From Felis catus (Eukaryota), in NCBI RefSeq assembly GCF_018350175.1, contig NC_058368.1:81346001-81410000 (forward strand): 64,000 nt of DNA, written 5' to 3'. The notes below the pieces were generated by a model. It worked only from the letters and a program-made list of their open reading frames with translations. It made no database searches and was not told where the DNA came from. A program made the translations under genes and the position numbers. Positions 24,681-37,152 of this stretch are shown here, piece after piece. Positions within the stretch are counted from its first letter, which is position 1; the number at the start of each line of letters is the position of its first letter.

Positions 24681-25459
24681 AGGGTGGGGTGTAGCAACAC
24701 AAAGAATCCCGCCGCGGACAAGCCAATAGTTAAAGGAAGTTTGCCTTTTGCAAACTCGGTGATCTACTGGTTGTCAAGAATTTCCTTTTTCAGAGACAGA
24801 GCCAGCCTGGACCTGCCTTCCCTCCTTGTACCTTGATAGGGACAGTGACCCCAGGCCTGCAAGGAAGGCTTCCAGAACCACAGCTACCCACACCTGCCAG
24901 AGGCCGGAGGCCGTGTCTGCAGTTCCAACAGCTCAGGCAGGTTCCCGGCATCAACAGTGTAGAAGAAACAAGCACATCTCAGATGTCAGGGAAGTTCTGC
25001 TTTCCCTGAACCCTCCTCCTTTCCAAAGTCGCCCCGGGGCGGGGGGGGGGGGCGGTGGGGGAACATGGGTCCTGCTGGATGGGGTGCAGGGGACCTGGAG
25101 ACGGGCTAGGACTGGTTGTTTTCCTTTCCTAGGGGAAAGGTGTGGAGGCTTTGCAGCACTAATAGCAGGGGACTGGGAGCCTTGGCTTCCTCTCGGGCGC
25201 TGCCAAGGCCAGCAAGGCTGCAGGCAGGTGTCTCACGGGGAAGCTGAGCTCAGCTACCAGAGCCGGGGGAACCTCCGCGGAAAAGGTACCATCAGATGGG
25301 GAGTTAGAACTGGCCTTTTCTCCCCTGGTCCTGTTTCCTGAGCTGGAGAGCTAAAGGGGAGGGGGGGGGGCAGTGAGAAGGAACCGTTTGCCATTAATCT
25401 GGGAACAAACGGCTAACCTCGGTGACTGGTATTTTCGCTTTTCTTTTCTCACTTTTCTC

Positions 25460-28200
25460 AGTGTGGGGAAGCGCGGAGACCGCGAGGAGCGATTGTGAGG
25501 GGCTCTGCTGGAATTTGGCAGCGCGGAGGCTTGGAGAACAGCCCCATGCTGGCTCCCATTCAGCAGGCCAGTTTTCCTCGAGCTTTGGAAGTTTCGCTCA
25601 GCCGTGCACTCAATGGCTTCACAAAGCTGATTACAAGCTTCAGCGCATTCCTGAAGGAGCCAAAAGCGACGCAGGTGCAAACGAGCCGAGGGAGCCCCTT
25701 ATCCCGGTGACAGAATGGGACAAGCTGGGAAAGGCTTGGACCACACAAATCCAAGCTCACCAGGCAGCAGAAAGCCTGCCTTGGGAACCGGGGGTCATTA
25801 TCCGCCCTATTCAGCGGGGCCCCGGGACCCTGGGGGCCCGGAGGCCGGTCCGCGCGGGAGCGCCAGTGCGCCTTGGGGCTGTGGGGACCCCGCCAGGGCC
25901 TGGGGCTGGGCCGGGGCGCGGGGTGGAGGGCTGTGCCTGTGCACCCGCGGCTTCGGTAAAATCTGTGCTCTGACGTGCCCGTGTCAACACCAGTAGGGAC
26001 ACAGGAGAAAAAGCGCGCAGGACGCAACCGGGTGTGTGGATCCTGCAAAACGTTGGCTCATCCAGCGTCCAGACCTCCCTGCCCTGTCTCTGCCCGGCCT
26101 GGCGCTGAGCGTCCCCGACGGGCCCCCAGGCCACTGACACAGCCGCAAGGGTCATTCTGCGCCCTTTCTCTCCCAGCCCCCCTTTCCTTTCAGTCTTCCT
26201 AGAGACGGGGTCCCGCTGAGCACAGCCCGACGCGGTGCTGTGGGAGGGACAGTGGGGGTGGGGGTGGCAGGTCACGGGGTCGCCCCTTCGAACTGCTCTT
26301 GGCTTGGCCTCGGATGCCTTTGCTGCGAGACTGATTCCCTGGCGGGGAGGAGGGCCCGGCCCCTCTGGAAGAACGAAAGACGTCCCCCACTCACGCTCAG
26401 GGACCAGGGCCGGGGGACAGGGGGCCGCAGGCCGAGGAGGAGGGATTCCAGGCAGAGGAGCTGGTACGCGGGCGTCCCCCTGGGGCCGCCACCGGCCCGC
26501 GTCAGCTTCGGGGCAGTGAGTCCCCGCGAGCGCGGCGTCTGCCTGGTGCGCGCCCCCTCGCTGCCCGCCGCGCGCGGGGCCTGGTGGCGCCCGGGGGTCC
26601 CCGCGGGCAGGGCCAGGGCAGGGCGCTCGCGCCGACGCTCTTTTGTCTGATAACTAATTTGAGTTAATGCGATCTTTATGTAAAGCTAACAGCGGATAAT
26701 TGTCTATTTTCTCGCCAACAATCTCCATCACAATCACTTATCTGGAAACCTGCGCCGGATTAATCGTCATATTCCCGAGATGAGCGTCGCTGCGATCCGC
26801 AGCGAGCCCGGGTGGGGACCTGGGAACGCCTCCCCCACGCTTGCGGGCCCGGTGCGTGCGTCACGGCTACTGGCCACAAGCTGGGGGGCCCGGGGGCTGG
26901 TGCCCACGGGCGCGCACGGCGCCTTCTTCAGGGATCGCTTCTACTTCTACTCGGGTGGGTTGGGGGACGGGGTGCAGGAGGAGGAGGGAAGGGGAGGAGG
27001 GGAAGAGGAAGAGGAAGAGGGGAGGCAGCGAGGTGGCGGTCCTGCGGGGCTGCAGGGCGGGGCGCAGCCTGTGTCTAACTGGGCCTCCTGGTCCACGCGG
27101 CGGGAGTCGTCAGCGCCAGAATCAAGTCTCCTGACGGGGGAGAGAGCATGCCCCCCCCCTTGTTTTCTGCAGAAAAGATATTCCCTTCCTTCCTCTGGGT
27201 CGCTCTAGCTTTGTGCCCTGCCCCAGCCACCCGTCACCGCCTTAGATCCCTCCTTCAAGGTCCCCCATATCTGCAAATTATTGGCAATAGTTACACCCCT
27301 CTGCCGTGATTGAAATACCCAAGGAGAGAGCCTGAGGTGTGGAGGCACGGCCCAGGGCCGCAATCCCCACCAGGCCCCAGGGTGAGGGGTAAAAATGCAG
27401 TCGGGGCCTCTGGGGGAAAGGCGCTTGAACGACAAAGATTTTGTCTTTCTGAGCTGAAGTCAAAACATCCGTGTCAGATGAAACCGCGCGCGTGGTGGCG
27501 GTTCTCTGCGCGCGCGCCGCCGCGCTGTGTGCACTCTTGGGAGACCGAGTACGTGTGCCTGGTGACTTGGAAGTAACCCATTCTGCATACTTCCACTCCG
27601 ATCTGCCAGCCAAGGGCGCAGCATCGCAACTTTCCAAAATGGTGTTTCTGGAAAAGAGAAATCCGGTCTGGATTTGTGACAGTTTGGGGCCACATAGAAG
27701 GAAGCTGTATGTTTCCCTCTTGGCCGACCCTTAGAATTCTAAAAGGAAAGGCATACGGTGAAATAAAATGCCATAAAATTGTTGTATTTTTAGATAAAGG
27801 AGGACCCCAAATTGCCCCCCAAATGGGGCATTGTGAAGTCCTGCTAAAATCTGCAAGCCTTCAATTTTCCCCTCCAGCAACTTGATGAGGTCTCTGAAGG
27901 CAGACAAGTAAACCCACCCTCCTGGCCGGCCAGCGCGGCCCCTGCGGAGTTTCCCAGGGCGGCTTTGTGCCGAGGCCTCCGGGAATCACCCCGCTCTCTC
28001 TCTCACCTGAATCTTGTCATCTCGGCCATCTTGAAGTGATCCTGGAACAATGCTGATCCCCGCCGCCCGAGCCGCTGGTCAATCAGGCAGAACGGACCGT
28101 GCAGATGGAAGGGGGGGAGGCAAGCGCCGGGAACACTGGGGCCCATTGTCCTGGGCGTTTCAAAGCGCCGAGCAGCTGCACAGACTTGTCGCCTCGGACC
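25460..28200. promoter_or_regulatory. CpG island (densest ~25790-27110), no recognisable coding exon
   Basis: High GC, abundant CG and CGCG, free of interspersed repeats. Confidence 0.85.
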
Positions 28201-30379
28201 CTCGGTTGCCACACTAATGTCATCATTGCAGAACATCAGATTTTGAGCACTATACAGTCCGAATTCATTAGCAGCCTTCTCGGCAAAGGTCTCTCTTCTC
28301 CGTGACAAGTTTCAAACTCCAGATCCCCTTCTGTGGGGAGGGGGAGGGGGGCGCTTTGCAAGTGACAACCGCAGACCATCCAGAGTTTCCTCTTTCTGGT
28401 GAATTCCAACCCTTTGTAACCGTCCTTGGGGTTCAGATCTCGGAAGGACGTCTGACTCAAGCCACTCGGGTCTCGGGTCTCGAGGCGTCTGCATTTTCTG
28501 AGTGTTGCTTGCAAGTTTACCGCCCTCTCCCCCACCCCCAGCAGCCAGCGTAACAGGTGGAGTGAATTTAACAGACCGGCGCCCCCCCCCCACCCCGGGA
28601 TAATGAGGTGAAAGATTTTGAAGTCTTTTCTGTAGCTGGAACTCAAATCCACACATTAGAGCAGTTGTGCCCTAAAACAAACAAGTTACTCACACCAGAC
28701 ACGTGCCTTGTCTCGGCTACCGAATGGCTACTCCTCCATGCTGCCATCCTGCCTCCTGTCCCCTCACCCCCACCCCCCCACCTTCCAGGGTGGCCTCTTT
28801 TTTTTTTTCAGAACCTTGTGGGCGGGCGGGTCCCAGGGCCACAGAGGCCTAGGGCACCCACAAACACAGCTCAGCTCTGTCCTCCAGGAAGCTTGCCTTC
28901 ACCTCCCCACCACTGGCCTCTGTTAATGTGTTCTTCCTCTGCCTCCTTCCAGGAGCCCACATCCTTCATCCTCTCCCTTCCTCACCGGGGGCTAGAAGTC
29001 CTTCCCAGGAAAAGGCAATGTGGAGAAAGGCTCTGGGCCCTTGCTGGCACGGAGCTGAGAAGCAGACGTGGAAGCCAAGGGTGTGGAAAGGCCAAGTCCT
29101 CCCTGAGTGCCCAGAGGCTACCTGGGGGCCCTGCAGACCTCCCTCCCTCCGCCCCAGCCCCGCACCCCAAAGCCTCTCAGATGCCTCTGGTTTCCTGACA
29201 AACTGAAGGTGTGATCTAGTCACGTTTTTGTAAACACAAGAACGGCCCCATTTGGTGTCTTGTTTGCTCGGATGTCTGTCCGGTGAGGGTTGGGGGCGAC
29301 TCAACTGTAGGTGGTCGCTTTAGGGGCTCCAGAGAATTGACCTAGAACCCTCCTTTTTCTCCCGGGAAAATTCTATGATTTGGGCCTGGGCCCTGCGGCT
29401 GCTCTTGGAAGTCTGTGCATGTCTTAGGCTCTGGGCCCCGGAGCTCCCCAGCACCCTTGGGGTGCCCTCCCCCGCAGGTCCACAAGTGTGTGTGGGGGGG
29501 TGCCTGAAGCCAGAGGCAGCTCCTGGGAGATCCTGGCTGTGGTGCACATGATGACAAGTTCCAGGGGGATGGCGGTTTTGCAGGCTTGGAGCCCCAGTGT
29601 CTCTCCAGGGTGTAGACAGTGTCTGGTTCATTGGGGCATCCGCAGTACATTTCTGAAGGACTGAAGACGCCCTGGTCACGGGTAGAGCTGATGGCCCAGG
29701 AAAGTGTCCATGGCCTGGAGTCGGGGGAGGGGCTCTTCCTGGCAGAGGCAGTTGGCCAGCACTGGCCCTGGAGCTCACACACATTCACTTCTCACACACA
29801 TTCACTCCCACATACCCACACATGCCTTACACACTCACGGCCCCGCACAGCACATGCGCTGTGCCCCCCATTCACATGAGCACCTAGAGGCTCTCTCTGG
29901 AACACGGGCGCGTGCTCCACAGAGCCGCACGCGTTCCCTCGTGAGCATCTCCCCTCCCCTCCTCGATGCCCCCGAGGGTCCTGCAGTGCAGGCTGGCTGA
30001 GCGGGGTGGGTGGCCAGGGAGTCCTGGATCCCCCTGGGGGAGAACCACACACCGTGAGGAATACTCTGTTAGATACACACACAGGGACGAATGAGCGAAT
30101 CTCTACAGAATTCAACAAATAGGGCAGTCGAGGAAGGACAAGGGTGGGTTGTTTCTGGATCCTTTCCTTCTGAGCTATCGGAGGGGACGCCTCCGAGCTT
30201 GCTAGAGTGGGCGCAATTACCACTTTGTTCCCGTGGGTCCCACCTCTGCTTTCTCCCAGGATATTCTGCCCTGACACCGGCTCACACCGCGGTGACCCAG
30301 CGTGGGGGCCGCCGGCCAGGTGTGGCCCGAAGCGCACAGAACGGGCCGTGGGGGCACACGGCAGACGGGCCAGCTTTCA

Positions 30380-30802
30380 AAGACGTGGTGTGAAATGAGG
30401 CATGTGAAATACCTCCCTGGTTGTTTAAAAATATTAATTTCATGTGGAAATGATTGTATTTTGGATATATTGGGTAAAATAAAATACATTTTTGAAGTTA
30501 ATTTCTTCTTTCTGCTTCTTTCACTTTTTAAAAATGTAGCTTTTAGGAAATTAAAAAAATGTTTTAACATTTATTTATTTTTAAGAGAGAGAGAAACAGA
30601 GTGCAAGTGGTGGTGGTGCAGAGAGAGAGGGAGACACAGAATCCGAACAGGCTCCAGGCTCCAAGCCTCCAGCACAGAGTCCGACATGGAGGTCGAACCC
30701 ACGAACCGTGCGTGAGATCGTGACCTGAGCCTAAGTCAGACGCTTAACTGATGGAGCCCCCAGGAGCTCCTTAGGAAATTTAACGTGACCCGTGTGTCTC
30801 CT
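30380..30802 (-). mobile_element. MER33-like hAT MITE split by a SINE
   Basis: attttggatatattgggtaaaataaaatac...tttttaaaaatgtagc...aggaaatt, resuming after 30770. Confidence 0.75.
30560..30770 (-). mobile_element. Can-SINE
   Basis: Consensus-like body; TSD ttaggaaatt at 30543 and 30771. Confidence 0.94.
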
Positions 30803-33534
30803 AGTTGTGGCTTGCCGGCTTTCCCACGGATCCTTCCAGAAATGGAGGAGGAAACTGCTGAGCACGAGGTTTAGCAGGAGGCAGTGCAGACCCTCCGGGT
30901 GAAAGTTGCTTTTGTGCATAACCTGTCATTGAGGCCTCTGCTTCTGCGAGAGGGGAGCACGGTGGGGGCAGGGCGGTAGCGCATTGTATCTTATTGTCTG
31001 GTTCATTTTCTTTCCATCTTGACTTTAATTCCGTCTAATTGCTGTATTGTGATCTCAGTCAGCAATCTGAAATGAACTCTCAAGTAACTTCTGAAGACTC
31101 TTGCTACGAATGTTGGATCGTGATGAAGTCTAAATGACAACAGTTTACTCCCTAATGTCTACAGGACCTGAAGTAACCCTTTCCTGTAATTTCTAAATTT
31201 CCGGTCAGCATTTGGGTACTCCTCCTGCCTTCCCTCTCCCCTTGCGAGGCATTTCCACCTCCACCCCCCACCGCCACCTGAGACAAACAAAGAGGGAGCT
31301 GGAGCCAGAATTCACAGCTCCCCAAACGCTTTCTGCTGAGCGAGAATGGAATTGCTTCCAGACTTGTTTACTCCTGTGATTGACGTGTAGCTTTAAAAGT
31401 TTCTGAGGTCACACCTGGGTCAACAACATCACAATAAAACATATTAGCAAACACTTTTTATTTTATTTTTTCGACATTTTTTTATTGTAAAGAAAGCATT
31501 TGAAAACGGTCTACCTGAACATTTTAGAGACAAGATCTCTAGAAATAAAGTTACGATACTTAGAAATTATATTTCTTCTTCTGATGACAGCAAGAAAGAA
31601 GGGGTTGTCCCGAGAAGGTGGTTTATAGGAAGTTCCAAGTGACCGCCGTGCGAACACTCTACGCGTGCGCATACCTGGAGTGCACAGGTCGACGTGTTTT
31701 TACATATTTACTGTGAGGATCATACAACTAGCAAAGAATCGATGCAGTAAAAATGTGAGGCGAGCCTACTTCACCAATAAGTTGGAAGAATCTACTAAAT
31801 ACTTTGGGGTCAAATTTAAAACTTGTGTTGATCATAGAAGGCTCTCCTCTGGCCGACTCGCAGTGTCCATGTAATGTTCTATTTCGGGCACAATCAACTT
31901 TAAGGGAAAAAGAAAATGCAGAGTACCAGAGATGATCAAGGTTTTGTCGATAAACTGACTGAAATGCTCTATTCGTTGTATTAATTCCTTGGGAAATATC
32001 ACTCTTGTTATCTGAGGCTTGTGTTCAGGTAATAAGAAACCGATAGAAAGACTTAATTATTTACTCTGCCTGACTGGTTTTTAAAGTTTCCAGGGAAATA
32101 ACTAAAAACGTAGCCTGTATCTTGCTAAAGAGCCATCAACATCCACTAGAAGCTCAGGCCACCTCACTCTGGATGTGGCATATTTATTAGTACGACAGGC
32201 GGTTTATTTCCAGGATGACTCCTGTCCACTGTCATTGAACTTACCGGGGTAACCAGAAGAAACAAACTGGAAGAAGTTAACCTGTTTAACTGCTCTTCTA
32301 GTTTTTGGAATCATCTCAGAGTAAAAGAACCAAACGTGATTAATGAGCAGCGAGGACCCATCCGGTCACATGGCACCCAACAATGAAAATCCGACACGCC
32401 AGCCAAGTTCACTGCCGCCGTGTTCTTGTTTATTTAATATGCGACTTGCATGGCCTCATTTGCTTCCTCGTGTTATAAAACTAGACAGACTCTCATTCAC
32501 TCTCCCGTTTTTCTTTTTCCCCTAAAGACTCTAATGGTTATATACTTTCAAATATTTGCAGACAAGATATTCTGGATAAATCATCTAAGATTAACTAAAT
32601 TAGGTCAACGTCCATGCAGGGCCAGGGAGATAGTCCCTCGTGTTCAAATTATCTGGTGTCAGCTATATTGATTGAAACAGCACTGCCGACCGAAAAAAAA
32701 AAAAAAAAAAGAAAAAGAAAGAAAGAAAGAAAGAAAAAGTCTTATTACAAGATGTCTCAAAAACAGATAAGAAAGCAACGAAGTCCTCTCGTAAATGAGG
32801 GGCCTTATCTAGATTTTAATATGGTGGTAAGCAAATTGTACATGTTTTTGCAAGTTAGACAACTTATATGGGAAGCAGACATTTCTGAAATTTCTCTAAT
32901 TCTAAGCCAGTCACTGTAGTTTGCATAGCTGTCCATGGTTCGTGGGGTCTTTGTTCTTCTCCTCAAAATACGATCCATAGAAAGGCTGAAATATTACCAT
33001 ATTCAGGACACATTGTCTAGATTGTTTAACCCTTTCTAGGACGGACAGAGCGCCCGAGGCTGATGGCACCCGAGGGCGTCTGTGTGAGGGCCCTTCTGCC
33101 TGTCTGCTCACTTTCCATACCGGGCTTCACACACCGTTTCTTTCTTTCTGGAAACTGCTGATCATACTGATGAGATTCCTTGTAATAGGACCCAAACAAG
33201 AGTTGGGGAAGAAAGTTCTTGAGCCTTTCATCTAGAGGCCACACTGCCGGAGTCAAGACAGCAACGCAGGTGACTCTGGTGGGCCATAGCCTCTGGACCC
33301 GTGTCAGAGGTGAATCCGAGCCCGTTACAGCTCCCCGTGATGAACGCTGTCCTGCCCAAGCTCACGGCCTTGTTCCTCCTGCTGCCACTGTAGTGTATGT
33401 ATTATCACGCCAGACAGTAAGTTGATGATGTGATATAATTAATAGAATGGCTGTTGGTGAATATATTTCAAAACTACACACAGGCTAGTCTAATAACTAG
33501 GGGATACCGTCCCACTTAAAAATCACTATTTTTA

Positions 33535-33756
33535 GGGGCACCTGGGTGGCTCAGTCGGTTAAGCGTCCGACTTTGGCTCAGGTCACGATCTTGGCGGTTT
33601 GCGGGTTCGAGGCCCACGGCGGGCTGTCTGTGCTGACAGCTCAGAGCCTGGAGCCTGCTTGGGATTCTGTGTCTCCCTGTCTCTCTGCTCCTCTCCCCCA
33701 CACTCTCTCTCTTTCCGTCTGCCTCTCTCTCTCAAATAAGTAAACGTTAAAAAAAT
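33535..33756 (+). mobile_element. Can-SINE
   Basis: ggggcacctgggtggctcagtcggttaag start; A tail; TSD-like aa(a/t)tcactat. Confidence 0.95.
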
Positions 33757-34316
33757 TATTAAATTCACTATATTTGGAACATATTTCTGAGCGGCAGTCA
33801 CGTGATAGCCATTATATTCAGGTGTCTCTGGCGTAAACGTACTGGCTCAGGCAGTAAGTTGTAATGAAGTATAACCAAGAAGAAAATGCAGCCTGAAAGT
33901 GACCGCTGTCGAGTGCATTCTGGGAGGACAGGGAGCCCTTGCAGGGGACGTGGCGGGCGCTCCGATATTGTAGCAAGCAGCCCCGGGGGTGGGTATGCAC
34001 TCTGGACAAGCAGGTGCCGAAACAAAAACAGAAAAGCAAAATAAATCAGAGTTTGAGGTCTGGAATAAATTTTTTTTTAATTTAAAATACCAAATTCTAC
34101 TTGAGGACGAGGGCTGATAACCAACCGCCTGGGGGAGCTGACACCCTGCCCTCTGGCCCCCTGAGTGCGGCAGCCGCGTGTGGTCCAGGCAGGTGCCCCA
34201 GGACCACTGTCGCGTAAGAGCGGGTGGAAGCCAGCAAAGACTCAACCCGGCTCATGACCCTTCGTGTCTGTGCTCACCCCACGGAAGCCTGCGTTACAGC
34301 AGATTTGACTCCGCAG

Positions 34317-34531
34317 TTTTTTTTTTTTTAATGTTTTATTTAATTTTGAGAGAGACAGAGACAGAGTGTGAACAGGGGAAGGGCAGAGAGAGGGAGACAC
34401 AGAATCCGAAACAGGCTCCAGGCTCTGAGCTGTCAGCCCAGAGCCCGATGCGGGGCTCAAACTCACAAGCCATGAGATCGTGACCTGAGCTGAAGTCAGA
34501 CGCTCAACCGACTGAGCCACCCAGGCACCCC
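34317..34531 (-). mobile_element. Can-SINE
   Basis: Consensus-like body; TSD tgactcc(gc/at)agttt. Confidence 0.95.
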
Positions 34532-35223
34532 TGACTCCATAGTTTCGAGGACTGGTCCACAATATGCCTGGTGTTCCCACCACAGACATGCGTCCAGCCG
34601 AAGGGCTTGCTGTCCCCCTGGCACTTTACCTGGTGTGGCCTTTCCTAAGCTCTCTGGCCATTCTGCATCTAGACCCCCACGTGCACCAACACAGGGCTGT
34701 GTCTGGGAAGTAGGACGGGTGCCCGAGCTTTCTGCACACCCTTCAGCTTGCCTGGTGAAGCCCCTTCCTGCTCTGGAAGGGCAGGAGTTTGTCCCCTGCC
34801 TCCTGCCACCCCGACAGCGCCCCTCTGTGAGAGCAGGTGGATGGAAGAGTGTCCTCTCCGTCCACGAGCCCAGCTGCTGACTGCGGCTCCCTCCTCCTTG
34901 ATTTGAGCAGGCCCTGGGGCTTGGTTCGTGTGCTTGTCTCTCAAGGAGGAAAGATGGCACGCCAATGGAGGGGTCCTGCCAAGCTCCCCCGTGAGAACAT
35001 CTTCCTGCAGACCTGTAGCTTCGTCTTTTGTCTTAGCCGGTACCTTCACTGGGGTTCATTCGTAAGCTGCAACGGTAGCTTCTTTTCTCTCAAAAAGAAG
35101 GCAGAAGACAACAGGGTAGAGTTCAGTTCCATGGGTACTTATTAGACGCCTATTGTGTTCGTGGTGTTCTGCAAGGTGCAGGATACAAAACTGAAAAAGA
35201 TCCTGGTTATGATCCATGTTCCG

Positions 35224-35445
35224 AAGGAAGGAAAGAAAGAAAGAGAGAAAGAGAGAGAGAAGGAGTGGGAGGGAGAGAGGGAGGGAGGGAGGGAAGGAAA
35301 GGAGGAAGGAAGGAAGGAAGGAAGGAAGGAAGGAAGGAAGGAGAGAGACACACACAGAGAAGTAGAGCATGTAGAGACAGGGAGAGAGAAACAAAGAGAT
35401 ACAGAGTCACAGAGAGACAGACAGAGAGAAACAGACGCACAGACC
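35224..35445. repeat. (GGAA)n / (GA)n / AGAC compound purine-rich repeat
   Basis: Direct observation. Confidence 0.95.
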
Positions 35446-35897
35446 TGAGGACACAGGCAGGGTCACTGCAGGTGGACAGCGGGTGGCTGGGGCAGCGGCA
35501 GCAGCATCAGGGCCACAGGAGGCAGGTGGTCATGCTTTTAAGGTGCTACAAGGAGGCAGGGTCGTATGTTTTTCCTCATGCGGTTCAGGGGGAGGAAGGC
35601 ACGAGGTCCGCCAGCTGCGGCTGGAGTTTGCTGAGCGAGGGGCGCGTGCAGGGCTCAGTATAGTGGCCGATCACCTGGCTGCCCGGTGCCAAAGGACGCA
35701 GGACATGCCACAGGACAAGCACCACACAGGGCACTCAGGTGCACGAGAGCTCTGCAGACATGAGGTTTGTTGGGTATGAATAGTTTCCTAGGCCTTTTTA
35801 GTAAAAAAAATAAAATTATCAAAATTGATGAAATGTAAAATTCTTCTCCCACTCTGATGGGCTTTTCATTAAAACTGGGTGATAAAAGGGGATCCTT

Positions 35898-36116
35898 GGG
35901 GGCGCCTGGGGGGCTCAGTCGGTTGAGCCTCCGACTCTTGATTTCAGCTCAGGTCATGATCTCATGGTTGTGGGTTCAAGCCCTGTGTCGGGCTCTGTGC
36001 AGACAGCATGGAGCCTGCTTGGAATTCCCTCTCTCCCTCTCTCTCTCCCTCTCTCTCTCCCTCTCTCTGCGCCGCCCCCCATTCTCTCTCTCTCAAAGTA
36101 AATAAACTTTTAAAAA
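35898..36116 (+). mobile_element. Can-SINE
   Basis: Consensus-like body; TSD aaaa(c/g)tgggtgataaa. Confidence 0.94.
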
Positions 36117-36279
36117 GTGGGTGATAAAGGTACAAATACACAATTAATGCTTACATATTTATAGCTGTCATTTTTTTGTTGATTTTTCAAAGAATTGAAG
36201 AAATGAAAACTGAATGACTCTATAGAGTTTGAAAGAGACATCTCAATAGCTTTCATATTCTGGTCTTGAAAAATATTTC

Positions 36280-36460
36280 CACGATCTCGCGGTCCGTGAG
36301 TTCGAGCCCCGCGTTGGGCTCTGGGCTGATGGCTCAGAGCCTGGAGCCTGTTTCTGATTCTGTGTCTCCCTCTCTCTCTGCCCCTCCCCCATTCATGCTC
36401 TGTCTCTCTCTGTCCCAAAAATAAATAAACATTGAAAAAAAAGAAAAAGAAAAAGAAAAA
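36280..36460 (+). mobile_element. 5'-truncated young SINEC_Fc
   Basis: Starts cacgatctcgcggtccgtgag; perfect TSD gaaaaatatttcca at 36268 and 36455. Confidence 0.96.
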
Positions 36461-36775
36461 TATTTCCATTTTAATCTTGTTAAGGCCGCACTTGAAAGTG
36501 CTAGGACTTAACAGTTAACACACACTTGGAGAAAACTTTGTTGCATCCTTAATTTGTACACATGGAAATGGTGTATCCATTCAAGATGAGGTTTTCTTTC
36601 TTTCTGATTTAATTGGTGGGAGATCAGTTGCAAGACGGAGGGAAGGAAGGAGGGACAGTGGGTCACAGCCTCCCGCGCAGACTGGATGGCTGCTCGGTGC
36701 CCAAGGCCTGCCGAGTGCAGAGCGCGGGGAGGAACAAGGGGCGTGAGCTTTGGGGAGCAACCCGGCTAGGACATG

Positions 36776-37152
36776 GCTTGTGTCCCCAAACAGACATGTA
36801 GAAACCCTAACCCCCAGAACCTTGGAAGGTGAGCTTGATGGGAAACTGGGTTGTTGCAGATGTAATTAGCTGAGGCGTGGCCAGCCGGGAGCAACGTGGC
36901 CCTCCTCTAACTTGACTGTGTCCGCGTAAGAAGCAGACCCGGGCCAGAAGGCCACACAAAGTGCAGAGACCGGACTGGTCTCCTCCCACAGACTGCCCAC
37001 AAACACCAGAATCCGGGACGTGGCAGAGGGATTCCCTGCAGTGGATCTCCAAGGGCACATCCCCGCTGGCACTTTGACTCGGGGCTCCAGGCCTCCGGAG
37101 CAGGGAGAGATCACACCATATGTGCATTCTGGAGCCGCGGCCCAGGGACACC
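36776..37152 (+). mobile_element. MaLR solo LTR (MLT1B-like)
   Basis: tgtgtcccc...ccctaacccccagaacct...ttgcagatgtaattag...ggcactttga...gcctccggagc. Confidence 0.78.

Noticed and set aside
25422..27208. ORFs of 130-183 aa within the CpG island
   Set aside because: Expected from stop-codon scarcity in GC-rich DNA; no recognisable protein
25380..28050. Assigning a named gene or locus to the island
   Set aside because: No coding anchor in the window; an alignment is needed
32692..32740. Orphan A-rich tract (and T-rich tract at 17465-17501)
   Set aside because: No attached element body or TSD; ordinary simple repeats
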